From Octopus bimaculoides (lineage: Eukaryota), in NCBI RefSeq assembly GCF_001194135.2, contig NC_068990.1, positions 70,750,189 to 70,814,188 on the forward strand: a stretch of DNA of 64,000 nucleotides, read 5' to 3'. A program made the position numbers and the translations under genes. Below the pieces are notes generated by a model. The model saw only the letters and a list, made by a program, of their open reading frames with translations, made no database searches and was not told the origin of the DNA. Position 1 is the stretch's first letter. Each line of letters starts with the position of its first letter. This document shows positions 23,380 through 36,312 of the stretch, piece by piece.

Positions 23380-25944
23380 GCCTTTTTATTGATCAACATA
23401 AGGCTGACCAATATAGAGGATGTTCTTCTGTTGAGAGAGACCTCATCCATTGTATAATGTAGTTGTTTCTATTTTATTAATTTCTGGGGTTGATTAAGAG
23501 ATATTGAAGAGGAGGCAGAGACACAATTGTAATTTTTTTGAAATTACAGAGGAATCAATATGATAAAGGAATCAATGATAAAGGTTTCCATATCAGAGCA
23601 GAGTCAAAGTGGAAGTAAAATTAGTTGATAAGTGGTTGAGATTGACGTAGCTATCTCTAACATCATCAAGATCTTATATTTCTTGAGACGAAGAAATGCA
23701 ACCAAGACAAATAGTTTTGTTGGGTTTAGTGACAGGTTACAATTTTTCATCCATTTATTGATATTGTTTATAATGGCTGGTAAATCTTAATATGCTATAT
23801 GTTGGTAATGTTTAGCTTCATATAAACACTTTAGTTAAAATATTCCAGCCTTGACTATCCCATGTTTTCCCCAGACACATGCAGCTAGGACCATGCTATC
23901 AAATAAGTCCTTTGCAAAGCCAAGGATTACAGTCTCAGATAGATGACGGTGCCAGTAATATGACCCTGTAAAGTGTTCTACAAAAATGCCATGAAATGAT
24001 TTTGTGTTTGATAATCTATTTATCAACACCTTTTATACAAGAAGTGAAAAGCTGTAGAGAAACAAGTTAAGAGGTCCAGACTGCAAATTCTCCAAAAGAA
24101 TCAACACAAACCAAAGTATGAAATATTGCAGATAAATCTGATAGCAGAAGATATCAATGAAGGTTGTGGGAAAATTCTGTAATTATTATTGTAAAGTATG
24201 GGGAACAAAGTGAGTTGCATTGACTCTAGTTTTCCCTTAGAATACAGGTATTCTGTTGAAGTCTTTTCACATTTCAATCCAATTTTTATGATTTTCCCAT
24301 CCTTCAGACCTAAAAAAATTCTTTGTCTATTTATTTTGATGTTTTTGTGTGTTTATGTGTAAATTGTTTTGCATGTAAAATACATGTTCCAGACCTTAAA
24401 ATATAAATATCAATAAGCAAATAAATCTATTTTGTTCCAGCACATCTTAAATATTATTCAATTGATGTGGACTTTTATTTTCAAAATATTTAACCAGAAC
24501 AGTGGTTTAAATAATTAATAATTATGGTATTGTAGTTTACCAAGCCTTTACTTTGGAATGGTAAATGCAGTAAATACTTTTTCGGGTGATACTTAAATAC
24601 ATTTAATGAAACATTATAAACTCTGATCAAATTACTTTTTCTTTTGTTTTTTTGTTTTTTTGAAAAAGAGAAAGAATTTAAAATGAAGATTAGAACAAGA
24701 AAGCAGTGAGTTATTAAGCGAATATGAAAACCAATGTTCTAGAAACAGCAATGTGATAAGAGATAAACCATGCAAATGGAAAAAGTTTTTTAATTTCATG
24801 GTAATTAATTGCAAAATGATAAAGAAGACAATTAATAAAATATTTATAGTGGCATTAGTTGCTAATAAATAAACATAGATAATTCTAATTTGTTACACAC
24901 AGGTTTTGAACAATTATCGTAAAACAGAGACAGTGAAATATAGGTATAAAAAGTTATCTGTAATCTCCAATTAGATAATATGAACTATAAATAGTTTATA
25001 TTAATTCATTCTTTCAAAAGTATAATTCTACAATACTAAGGGGAGTAATCTAAAACAATTGCAATACAAATTTACATTTTATGAACACTGCATGGTTTTC
25101 TAAAAATTGATTAATGAAATGCCTCACAGCTTTTATAGCTTAAACCCTAAACCTGCATAGATTTTTAAAGGTAAAGAGAAGAATACAATAATATAAAACT
25201 GCTCATTAAATCAATAGGGACATGCAATTTTATCATTTCAAAATTAGGAACATGGAAACACACACATCACATACATATGTGTGTGTGCGTGTGTGTGTGC
25301 CCATACAAGTCTACCAACTGAACTTACAAAGTTACAAGAACACAATCATATTGTAATTTCTTCTAGAATCAAGCAGAATATAAAGCATGTTCATAAAATA
25401 ATTTGTTTCCTTATTCTCCATAATTTAGGCTAAAATATATGGATTCCAGGTTTCTGAAAATGGAAACTAATCTAATCTAGGATTAAATGAGAGTTAATAA
25501 AGCAGTTATATCATCCAAGTTTATAAACTTATTTACATAAATTCTGCTCAGGTAATTTCTACATATTCTTACAAGACATTCTAAGTGCTGAAATATGACA
25601 TCAAGATTCTCAAATTAAAAAGAATCACACAGGTAGAGGAGCTACAAATGAGTCTTTTAATTCCTTTGGTGTGATAATAATGAGAGGAAATTTATTGCCT
25701 ACAATCATGTTGTGTACTAGAAACACTATTCAACCTTAAAAGATTAGTTTTAAACCTGTGAATATTTACAGAGATGTTGTTGGAATATATGATAGTATAA
25801 TTCAACTAAAATTTAAGAAGAATAGCACAGAGAAATTTGCCAAAGAAAATAAATTGGGAAGTGAAATTGCAACTTGATTTAAGACAGCTACATACAACCA
25901 TCATGCAACACCTAATCCATCTAATGATGTTGATGAGAAGATGT

Positions 25945-27715
25945 TATTATTATTCTTATTATATGTTTTTGACTTTTGCTTTGTATTTGTACAAGTTGGC
26001 TCCAAGTCTCACCCAGAGACCTCAAGAGACAACAAGTTAGAAGTTCATGCTAGTGTTATACCTAGGGTGTCATATATTTGGTTTTGACCATATTATTGTT
26101 CTAGAGAATGTTTAAGAAAACATAAGAAAATTATGAGTTTGTTTTAAAATTTGAGATTACATAGACAGTATTTTACATAGGATATGGGCAATTCCCATGA
26201 GCACTATCTTTTGAATTTCTGCCATTTTAGGGTTTCCTAATATCTGGGCTAGGTAGCAATCAGCCCCTTTTGTTATCATCCCTAGGGCACCTATGACAAC
26301 AGTTCCGCATTTTGCCAATTTCTATTTCAAGATCTTTATACTTGCTCAGTTTTTGGCAGGTCTTGACAGATATATTTATATCAATTGGGACAGTCATATC
26401 AATGAGGAGGCATGGTTTTTGTCTAAAGTCTTTCAATATAAAGTCTAGCCTATTCGCATCTATCTTTCTGTCAGTTTGCATGGTGAATTTCCAGAGGAGT
26501 GAGATGTGATCATTTTCAAGCACTGGAGATGGTTTGTGTTCCCACCAGTTTTTATCATGGGGTAGGTCCAGGTTTTTGCAAATTACCTAGTCAATATATT
26601 GTGCTGCTCTATCATGCCTGTTGAGATACTCGGTAGACACAAGAAGACTGCACATGGAGACAACATGATCAATGGTTTCCTTTTGTTGTTGACATACACG
26701 ACATGTTGGGCAGCTGCTGTTGTTTAATATGTTGGCCTGGTAGTTTCTTGTAGGTAGGCATTGATCTTGGGCTGCTATGTTAAACCCTTCTGTTTCTGAT
26801 TTTAAGCCAGAAGCCACTAACCATTGATGGGTAACGGTTTTGTCAACATCGGCACTATTAGCTCTCTTTGGGTATTTGCCATTGAGAGGTTCTTCTTGCC
26901 ATTTATCAGTAGGAATATCTAAGGCAACCGTTTTAGCATGGGTTTTCATATGCTTAGCTTTTTCTGTGCTTGTTTTTAGTACATCTAATTCTGGAATTTG
27001 TTGTATTTGGAATTTACTTAGATATTCCTTTGCCTGTTTTGTTACTGAGTATTATGCATTCATGTTTTCATGTTTTGAGACAAGTTTTAACATCCAGTCC
27101 TCAGAGTTTTTCAGGCAGGTGTTTAGGTCAATTGTGGCAATCTTCATTGTTAATTCTAGTTCTAAAAATCCACAGCCACCCTCTTTTCATGACAGATAAA
27201 GTCGTTCTATATCTGCTTTAGGTTGGTGCATTCTATGTATTGTCAACAATTTTCATATTTTTCTGTCAAAATTACATATTTCAGTAATTGACCCATTAAT
27301 GATATTGAAACTGTAAGTCACAACTAGTATGGCTAAAGTATTGATTGCTTCGATCCTGTTTTTTGCATTCAGCTCTGTCTTGAATATTGCTTTTACCCTA
27401 CGATAACATTCTCTTCTGATCCTTTCCTTCATCACTGAATGTTTGATTCCGTCCCCTTCAAATACCCCTTGGCACTTGTAGCTTTCCACTGATTCTAATT
27501 GCTTTATGACATTCTGCTGGTCAAGATTAACATTGGATGTTACTGACATTTTTACTTTGATAAAGGTAGCTTTTGTACATTTATCGAGGCCAAATTGCAT
27601 CCTAATGTCATAACTGAATTGTTTAACAATTGCTAGTAAGCCTTGTAGTTGTTGATCATTTTTTTTGCAAAAAACTTTAAATCATCCATGTAAACGAGAT
27701 GATTTATATTTTTAT
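25945..27715 (-). mobile_element. R4/Dong-clade element, 5'-truncated within the RT
   Basis: Minus strand: VYMDDLKFF, FGLDKC, RIEAINTLA, GLKSETEGFNIAAQDQ, CRVCQQQKETIDHVVSMC, LLIDMTVP, QKLSKYKDLEIEI. The 3' UTR ends at an imperfect TAA tract. Confidence 0.92.
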
Positions 27716-28870
27716 TGAACATTTTATAAACATATTGTGCATCATTGAGCAATTATTATCATTATTATTGTCATCATTATTATTATTATTATCATCATCA
27801 TTATCATCATCATCAAGAATTCAATTTTGACACAATTCAGTATATAGAAACATCAAAGACTATATATAAAAATCAGAGATCCAAATATATTTCTTGCAGA
27901 TATTTGCATTGCATTTATATTATGATGCAAAACAAACAAGAATATCTTGGTTTCATTTGTGTTTAATATCAGTTGGATGCAAACCAATGTAGAACATGAT
28001 CCGAATAAGGTAGCAAAAATCCTAACTACTTGTAAAGAAAGTAGTTCATGTTTAGAGCAATGAATTAAATACACTAATTTACCAGAATATTAACAGAAAA
28101 ATATTAGAAAAAGACAAAAGTTTATCATCTACCAAGCCCAAGAATTCGGACAGGATTAAATAGAAATATGAAAACATGTTAAGAAGAAAAGAAATTGAAG
28201 AATCAAAAACATAATTATTCTGTATTAATAACTCCTTTCTTATTATCTGTACTAATTATTCCTTATTAATTATGATGTACCAATCAGAATTGTACAGAGT
28301 ATTTTAGAGATACAATTCTAATTTGAAATATTAACATCAAGAACTACAGATGGCTGACATAGAGGACAAATAACTGAAAGGTATATAGTTGTCATAAACA
28401 CATTGCTGAACCAGTGCCATGACATATCAAGACACTGGTACAACAATGTTTCATGACAATGTTAAACTCTTAATGCCTAGAAAATTTATAATGGCTCTCC
28501 ACACTTAAAAATTGGCAAAGTCTGGTTCTCAGTCATACACTTGCATTTGGGTCAACTTGTAGGATGGATCATGACAGAGGTGTCAACTACTCCAAATGGA
28601 CTCAAAACAAAACCCCCATCAAAGAAATGTAAGCATGGGCATTCAATAAAAATGACAAGAACATATTCAAGAAAAGCTGAACCAAGCCAGATCATAAACT
28701 CAGTGAAGTAGGCACCTCACCCACCCATCATCATCAACAACAACAACAGAAATGTTTTAATATCTACACAAACACATCACCATTCATCTCAGTAAGCTAT
28801 CATCACTAGAAAAAATCCCACAAAATAACTATATCAAATAAAAAACAATAAAGTAGCTGATTTTATCTAC

Positions 28871-29252
28871 ATTCTTTTACTCTTTTACTTGTTTCAGTCT
28901 TTTAACTGCGGCCATGCTGGAGCACCGCCTTTAGTCGAGCAAATCGACCCCAGGACTTATTCTTTAGAAGCCTAGTACTTATTCTATCGGTCTCTTTTGC
29001 CGAACCGCTAAGTTACGGGGACATAAACACACCAGCATCGGTTGTCAAGCGATGTTGGGGGGACAAACACAGACACACAAACACATACATACATACATAT
29101 ATATATATACATATATACGACGGGCTTCTTTCAGTTTCCGTCTACCAAATCCACTCACAAGGCTTGGGTCGGCTCAAGGCTATAATAGAAGACACTTGCC
29201 CAAGGTGCCACACAATGAGACTGAACCCAGAACCATGTGGTTGAGAAGCAAA
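28871..29252 (-). mobile_element. Young SINE family A copy (CpG-rich) with internal (CA/TA) linker, cut by a gap
   Basis: Retains many CpGs (gcggcc, tagtcgagc, atcgacc, gccgaaccgc). Head and tail have the same layout as 1117-1456. Confidence 0.88.
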
Positions 29253-29696
29253 NNNNNNNNNNNNNNNNNNNNNNNNNNNNNNNNNNNNNNNNNNNNNNNN
29301 NNNNNNNNNNNNNNNNNNNNNNNNNNNNNNNNNNNNNNNNNNNNNNNNNNNNNNNNNNNNNNNNNNNNNNNNNNNNNNNNNNNNNNNNNNNNNNNNNNNN
29401 NNNNNNNNNNNNNNNNNNNNNNNNNNNNNNNNNNNNNNNNNNNNNNNNNNNNNNNNNNNNNNNNNNNNNNNNNNNNNNNNNNNNNNNNNNNNNNNNNNNN
29501 NNNNNNNNNNNNNNNNNNNNNNNNNNNNNNNNNNNNNNNNNNNNNNNNNNNNNNNNNNNNNNNNNNNNNNNNNNNNNNNNNNNNNNNNNNNNNNNNNNNN
29601 NNNNNNNNNNNNNNNNNNNNNNNNNNNNNNNNNNNNNNNNNNNNNNNNNNNNNNNNNNNNNNNTATATATATATATATATTTGGGTCAACCTGTAG

Positions 29697-29843
29697 GTTC
29701 TTTCAGTTTCCTTTTACCAAATCCACTCACAAGGCTTGGGTCGGCTCAAGGCTATAATAGAAGACACTTGCCCAAGGTGCCACACAATGAGACTGAACCC
29801 AGAACCATGTGGTTGAGAAGCAAACTTCTTACCACATAGCCAC
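29697..29843 (-). mobile_element. SINE family A head
   Basis: 110 bp (29715-29824) are identical to 29143-29252 across the gap. Confidence 0.85.
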
Positions 29844-30956
29844 AATTCAAAGATAAGATTCTTAGAATCAAAATTCACCTTGTAAAGACAATGCACTACT
29901 TTCTGATGTCTTGAGAATGTTATTTTATATCTGTAAGCCTTATTCCTATAAATGAACACCCAGAAATACACACATTTTTTGTAATCTCTCAACATGTGAT
30001 TATAATAGTCTCTAAATCTAGACACATAATCTTTGTGCTTGAAAAAAAACTTAAGTTGAACCAACAAATTTATGAGTAAAATAAATATTTTGAAAAATTC
30101 TTTAAAATGTTAAAAATTTCTAAAGCTTGTCTAAAATACCATTAGGAATTTTACAAGTGGACACAATGTAAATGTTTTTTAAAAGAAAACAATCATAGAT
30201 TAAGAACAGTGAAAATAAAAATAAAATAGGATTAAGATTTTCGAAGGATGTGGTAATTCCTATGTTTTAAATAGAAAAGTTTTAATGCTATCATATATTT
30301 GTTGTAGATAATAAATATATATAAATTTTGAAAATAACCATTAATTATGGAATAGGGATTAAATGTCCTAAATAATATTTCACAATTCTGTTAACATCAT
30401 TGTCAAATTGAGTGCCTAACCAACTGGAATTTACTGAAATAAACTTCACAATAATCATTAATACTAATAAATGTTTGTGTGTGAGAAAAAGGAATAGGAG
30501 GGAGGAAAACAAAACACAAAAACAATCTTGGATGCTTTATGTTAGAATATTATGAGAGTGCCGTAAGTGATTTAACTCATTTCTTGATTGAAAGAAAGGA
30601 AAAAAAAAATCAACATTTTGCTAATTCAATAATTAAATGCACAATAAAACTAAAAATAGGATACACTGGTTTTCAAAAAATGAAAAAAAAAAAAGATCAT
30701 ATCAAAATATAGGAAGTCTTAAGTGTAACAAGGGAATTTTTTCTAAAAACATTTTTGTGAGAAACATTTGTGGTAAAATGTTATAAAAAGTTAAGTAGCA
30801 TGTTTACAGTGAATGAAGTTTGAGTAAAGTACTGGATAAGTGAATGGTAAAATATATAGAAAATATTATTTGCAATGAAGTTTTTAATATATGTCAACAA
30901 AAAGCGGATCATAATAAGTGATGTATGGAGAATGAAAGCAGCAAGGAGACACTTAC

Positions 30957-31073
30957 ATAACTTCTATTATGCTGAGGACTAGATGCTGCACTTCCCTTTT
31001 CCTTCAGTTTGTTAAATCGGGAGCTCACGGCACGGCGAGATTTCTTTTTATCAGACAAATTTAAATCATCCCA
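30957..31073 (-). CDS. OSBPL6: Probable ORP3/6/7-family exon F (WDDLNLSDKKKSRRAVSSRFNKLKEKGSAASSPQHNRSY)
   Basis: catttcttaaacag|TGGGATGAT...AGTTAT|gtaagt; 117 nt, open only in phase 0, matching the exon E donor. It is a GC-richer island in AT-rich intron, and the basic stretch lies where ORP3/6 carry a K/R-rich segment. Confidence 0.8.
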
Positions 31074-32809
31074 CTGTTTAAGAAATGGGAAGAAAATAAG
31101 GACAGACTGAGGTTAGTGTTAGAAGAGGCAACAGAACAATTGCAAGATAATGGAGAATGCAGAGAACAAATAGGTGTTATAAAAGCCATTAGATTTATGC
31201 AATGCTTAAGCAGGAGTCCCAAATTAAAACTTAAATGAAGAGAGTCCAACATGTCCAGGCTACAACACTAAGCCATATACTTAACCACTGTATGATGGAG
31301 TAATCAATACAGGTCTAAGCTAGGTGGAGGTATAGTATGCCTGGAACAGTAAATAAGGGCCATACCTATCTGTTTGATTAGAGTTAACCCAAGTCTACAT
31401 AATAACAACTTATGTTAATGGTTTTTCATAAACAATTACAAATTCTGATAACTCTAACAAATAAATGCTTGGGAAATTTAGTATTTTTTTTTAAGTTTCA
31501 GCCTAGAGCTGCGGCCATGCTGATGCACCACCGTGTCTAATTTCACAAAATAATTTCTGTTTGGTATAACTTCAGTTCCTGTTAGTCATAGATCTGCCCA
31601 ATCAGGGCTGACCTGGAGTTAAGCACCAGCAACAGGCTTTCAATAGGATCTTTATCTATTAGTTCATAATTGCTTTTAATTAATTAATTAATCCAAACTT
31701 CAGTACAAGAAATTACTAGAAATACTAATGTCTTGCATTTTTTATTTATTTATTTATTATTAAATACTTATCCATTTTGAAATTGTGATTTTTTATATTT
31801 AAAATATATCTAAGATGATAGATTGTTGAGATAAAATTACCGCTTAGGTGTATAAAAATAGAGTTTATAAGTATTTACAATTTTTTTCTTTTAATGTAAC
31901 AGTGAGAAGGTAACAATCACCATTATGAGGAACCTCTGAAATTGTTGGGAAGAAAGAAGTTGTCAGCAGGTTGAAGACTTGAACTGAATATTTGTAACAT
32001 GTGACAGTCATGGTGATGGTGGTGGTGTTAAGACAGATAACAGATTAAGCCTCCAACTCAATAACAAGAACAGTCCATGTGATGATCTTCTATACAGTTT
32101 CTATCAACTGAATTTCACTCATAAAGCTTGGGTCAACCCAAGACTATGATAAAAAACATTGGCCTAAGGTATTGTGCATGGAATAGAACTTGGAGATAGG
32201 CAGTTGTGAAATGGACTTTGTAACCATACAGCCCATTTAACAAAGGGTGATAATTAGAATTTATCTAAGGAAGATAAATTGGTTTTATCAGTAATATTGT
32301 TATATACTTAATAAATATTTATTAATGTCTTTTATAAAAATGTGCCTACTAATTATTAATCTTTGTTATATGAGAGAAAATTAAAACATTTTACACAAAT
32401 GTTAATGTAATTAATACATCAATTTGAAGCAATGAAGATTTGTTAATGAGTATCAAGGGGTAAGACAGATACATGCTAGATAATGAAACGGATAAGAAAA
32501 CACAAGACAATTAAATGTATTGTGAAATACAGTTATATAATTAAATAATGTAAGAACAATACATGCAATTATTCAATGAAATTAGTCAAATTTCAAAAAT
32601 AAATATTCAGTAACACAAATGTTAATAAATATTAAAAAAAATATAAATTTTTCAAATAAATTCTACAATTAAGTACTGATCATTTCTAACATAGGGAAAA
32701 GACTACAAATTTAGAGACAGGGGTGGTACAATTAAATCAATCCCAGTGCTTGGTTGGTCATAATATTTTATCAATCCTAGAAAACCTTGGCTAAATTTGA
32801 ATTCAATCT

Positions 32810-33142
32810 CACGGAGGCAATGACAAGTGACTGAGATTTTTGGGGATTTGCTGAGCTTGAGAAGGTACATCAGGCTAAGTGAAATCATAGTCATGGCCAG
32901 TGACATATAAAAGGCACTTGTGCCAGTGACATGTAAAAGGTACTCATGCCAGTGGCACATGAAGAGCACCCGTGCTGGTGACATGTAAAAGACACTCACT
33001 ACACTTTATGGAGTGGTTGGCATTAGAAACCAGGCCAAAACAGACTGGAACCTAATGCAGCTCTCTGGCTTGCCAGTTCCAGTCAAACTGTCTAATCCAT
33101 GCCTGCATGGAAAACAGGCTCTAAATTATGATAATGATGATG
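32810..33142 (+). mobile_element. RTE-associated 3' UTR/tail copy with (GAT)n end
   Basis: gctgagcttgagaag...aagtgaaatcatagtcatggcc...gagtggttggcattag...catgcctgcatggaaaac. Confidence 0.7.
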
Positions 33143-33191
33143 AGACATAAAGAGCAGGAGTAAATACCATGAGGCAAACCATAGTGTAAAG

Positions 33192-33385
33192 CAGTATTTC
33201 TTAAACTATGGATTGCGACCTCCTTTTGGGGTCACAAACCAAAATGCTGGGGCTGCAAAACTTAAATTCAAACACTTGAATTTCACTTTATACATTATTT
33301 CACAAACACATATTTGAAACCTGGGACCATGAAAAATCTCATGTTGAAAAATGGGGTAATGAATGAAAAATGTTAAAGTAATGGT
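33192..33385. mobile_element. Possible hAT-type MITE relic
   Basis: Starts cagtatttcttaaactatggattgcgacc...ggggtcac and ends ggggtaatgaatgaaaaatgttaaagtaatgg, in the style of Charlie/hAT MITE ends. The TIRs are degenerate. Confidence 0.4.
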
Positions 33386-33580
33386 TACTTATTGTCATTG
33401 TCATCATCCTTCTTTTACATCCACTTTTGACGCTGGTGGAGGTTGAGTAGGTTAACATACTCCAAGTCCATTTCTATTGAGAAATACTACATTCTTAGAC
33501 AGGTTGAAGAAACGTTTTCATTTAATTTCTATATATATTATATACATATACATATTATATATACATACATACATACATAC

Positions 33581-33648
<68 letters not shown>

Positions 33649-33939
33649 AAGTAAGTTAGGGGTTGTGAATCCAACCCACTAAGGGATAATATCTATCCAA
33701 TATACTGCCAGAAGAATACCCAATTATTATTACACTAGTGTTTTTCCTACATATTACCAAGTGCAATAAATGGGTGTGGGTAAAAGAATATTTTACCCTT
33801 GATTTATATAGCATCCCCTCCGTTTTCTTATTGCCACACACACACACATATATACTAATTCATGATATACTCATTAGGTTATTTTTTGTATTATCTGAAA
33901 GAGAATATCCGCATATCGATTAATTCCCACCAAAATGTG

Positions 33940-34205
33940 CGGGTGGCACATAAAATACACCATTTTGAGCGTGGCCGTTGCCAGTACCACCTGACTGGCC
34001 TTCGTGCGGGTGACACGTAAAAGCACCCACTACACTCTCTGAGTGGTTGGCATTAGGAAGGGCATCCAGCCATAGAAACTCTGCCAAATCAGATTGGAGC
34101 CTGGTGTAGCCATCTGGTTTCACCAGTCCTCAGTCAAATTGTTCAACCCATGCTAGCATGGAAAGCGGACGTTAAGCGACAATGATGATGATGATGATGA
34201 TGACG
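33940..34205 (+). mobile_element. Young (GAT)n-tailed retroposon copy
   Basis: CpG-retaining; the tail reads catgctagcatggaaagcggacgttaa...(gat)n. An inverted partner lies at 34935-35150. Confidence 0.85.
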
Positions 34206-34746
34206 ATATATGTATATATGTATACCTATAGAACAAAACAAACTACGTAAAGAACGACCCTTCATCAGTTGTTGGCTGTTTTTCTAGTCTCGTATTTCGA
34301 GCATATTACAATAATATACACTTTCGATAAAACAGTTGCTCCCGCAAAATGAATTAAATAAAATTTGGGATTTTACAGAGGGTCAAAATAGGCAACACAA
34401 ACAGGACAGTGAAAAGAAACAAGAGCTGCTGAGCCTAAACTAGGTTGTGGTGGCGAACACGTGATTCAAGCTAGGACAGGAGACAAACAAGAACACGTCT
34501 TCCTTGTTCCAGCTACAATGGAGAGAATCAAAGAAAGATGGCCGATGGTCACGTGGGAGCCACGTGAACAGTACATATATATATATATATATAAATACAT
34601 ATATACACTTTTCTTGTAATTGTCTGAGAGTAAAGATACAATCAGCTGAGCCCCTGGAGGAACGAAAACCACACGTATATCTATATATATATATATACAC
34701 GCACACACACACATATATATATAAACATATACATATACATATATAC

Positions 34747-34817
<71 letters not shown>

Positions 34818-34934
34818 TATCTATGTACATATATACATATATATACATATATACATACACACACACACATATATATATACATACACACACATATATATAT
34901 ATATACATATATATAGTCATATGTATATACATAT

Positions 34935-35150
34935 ATCATCATCATCATCATCATCATCATCGTTTAACGTCCGCTTTCCATGCTAGCATGGGTTGGACGA
35001 TTTGACTAAGGACTGGTGGACCAGGAGGCGACACCAGGCTCCAATCTGATTTGGCAGAGTTTTTACAGCTGGATGCCCTTCCTAACGCCAACCACTCAGG
35101 CGATACTGGCGACGGCCACGCTCGAAATGGTATATTTTACATGCCACCTT
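34935..35150 (-). mobile_element. Young (GAT)n-tailed retroposon copy, inverted relative to 33940-34205
   Basis: The reverse complement aligns to the 33940 copy with one internal deletion. Confidence 0.85.
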
Positions 35151-35660
35151 TACAAATTTTTGTTTTAAACATATTTGCCACTAAAAATGGCCATGTACTG
35201 GGCTAAATACTTTCTGGTATTTATTTCATGTTCTGTAAACTCTGAGTTCATATGTTGTTGGAGTGGAGTTTGCTTTCGCCTGACCTCTACTTGGGATATG
35301 TAGAATAAGTAGAAGTTATATGCAGTGGTTGAATCAATCAATCATATCCTTCTTTTATGAATTCCTGGCCTTGAGTCAAAATGAGATATCGTTATTAACA
35401 ATTTTCTTTCTTAGTAACAAAGCTCTTTATCTAGTCAACAAAATTTCTTCACAATATATGAATGATACATATTATAGACTGAAAATAGATAGAAGCCAGA
35501 AACAATTGAGACACCATTTAAATTCAGAGAACGGGGTCATGAACCTAGAAACTTCCAATCTAAATTCTCTTGTGTCTTTATCAACATCACTGCCACAGTG
35601 CACATTATTAATAAAGGAGTCAGAAATACAAAAAAAAATACACATATATAAATATATACA

Positions 35661-35717
<57 letters not shown>

Positions 35718-36238
35718 GTCTATCTATCTATATATATAACTATTACAATTAAAAGGGTAAAGGATTATCAATTTATTAATAAATTAATAATTAATAATTT
35801 TTACCAAGCCCTACGGTATGTAAGCACCATTATCGGTGTGGAACTTATTTAAAAGTTCTTATACATTTATAAACAAAATTAAGGGATCAACAACAGGTTG
35901 CTTCACCACATACCGAAGTTCAGAAATAGCAGCTAAAAATGCTGAAGCTCCAACAGATAGCAGTTACCCGCAACTCACATAGGCAAAACAAGAAGAAAAA
36001 ATAACGAACTAAACTAGCCANNNNNNNNNNNNNNNNNNNNNNNNNNNNNNNNNNNNNNNNNNNNNNNNNNNNNNNNNNNNNNNNNNNNNNNNNNNNNNNN
36101 NNNNNNNNNNNNNNNNNNNNNNNNNNNNNNNNNNNNNNNNNNNNNNNNNNNNNNNNNNNNNNNNNNNNNNNNNNNNNNNNNNCTAAACTTCGGTATGTGG
36201 TGAAGCAACCTGTTGCTGATCCCTTAATTTTGTTTATA

Positions 36239-36312
<74 letters not shown>

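Noticed and set aside
23400-24030. Faint LINE-RT-like wording on the minus strand (NINKWMKNCNLSLNPTK); similar hints at 44500-45150 and 15700-15900
   Set aside because: Too decayed to classify or delimit by eye; needs a profile-HMM search.
34255-34300. CTGATGA and GAAA motifs on the minus strand, suggesting a hammerhead (similar partial motifs at 22775-22790 and 35810-35840)
   Set aside because: The order, stem II pairing or number of core mismatches is incompatible with a hammerhead fold.
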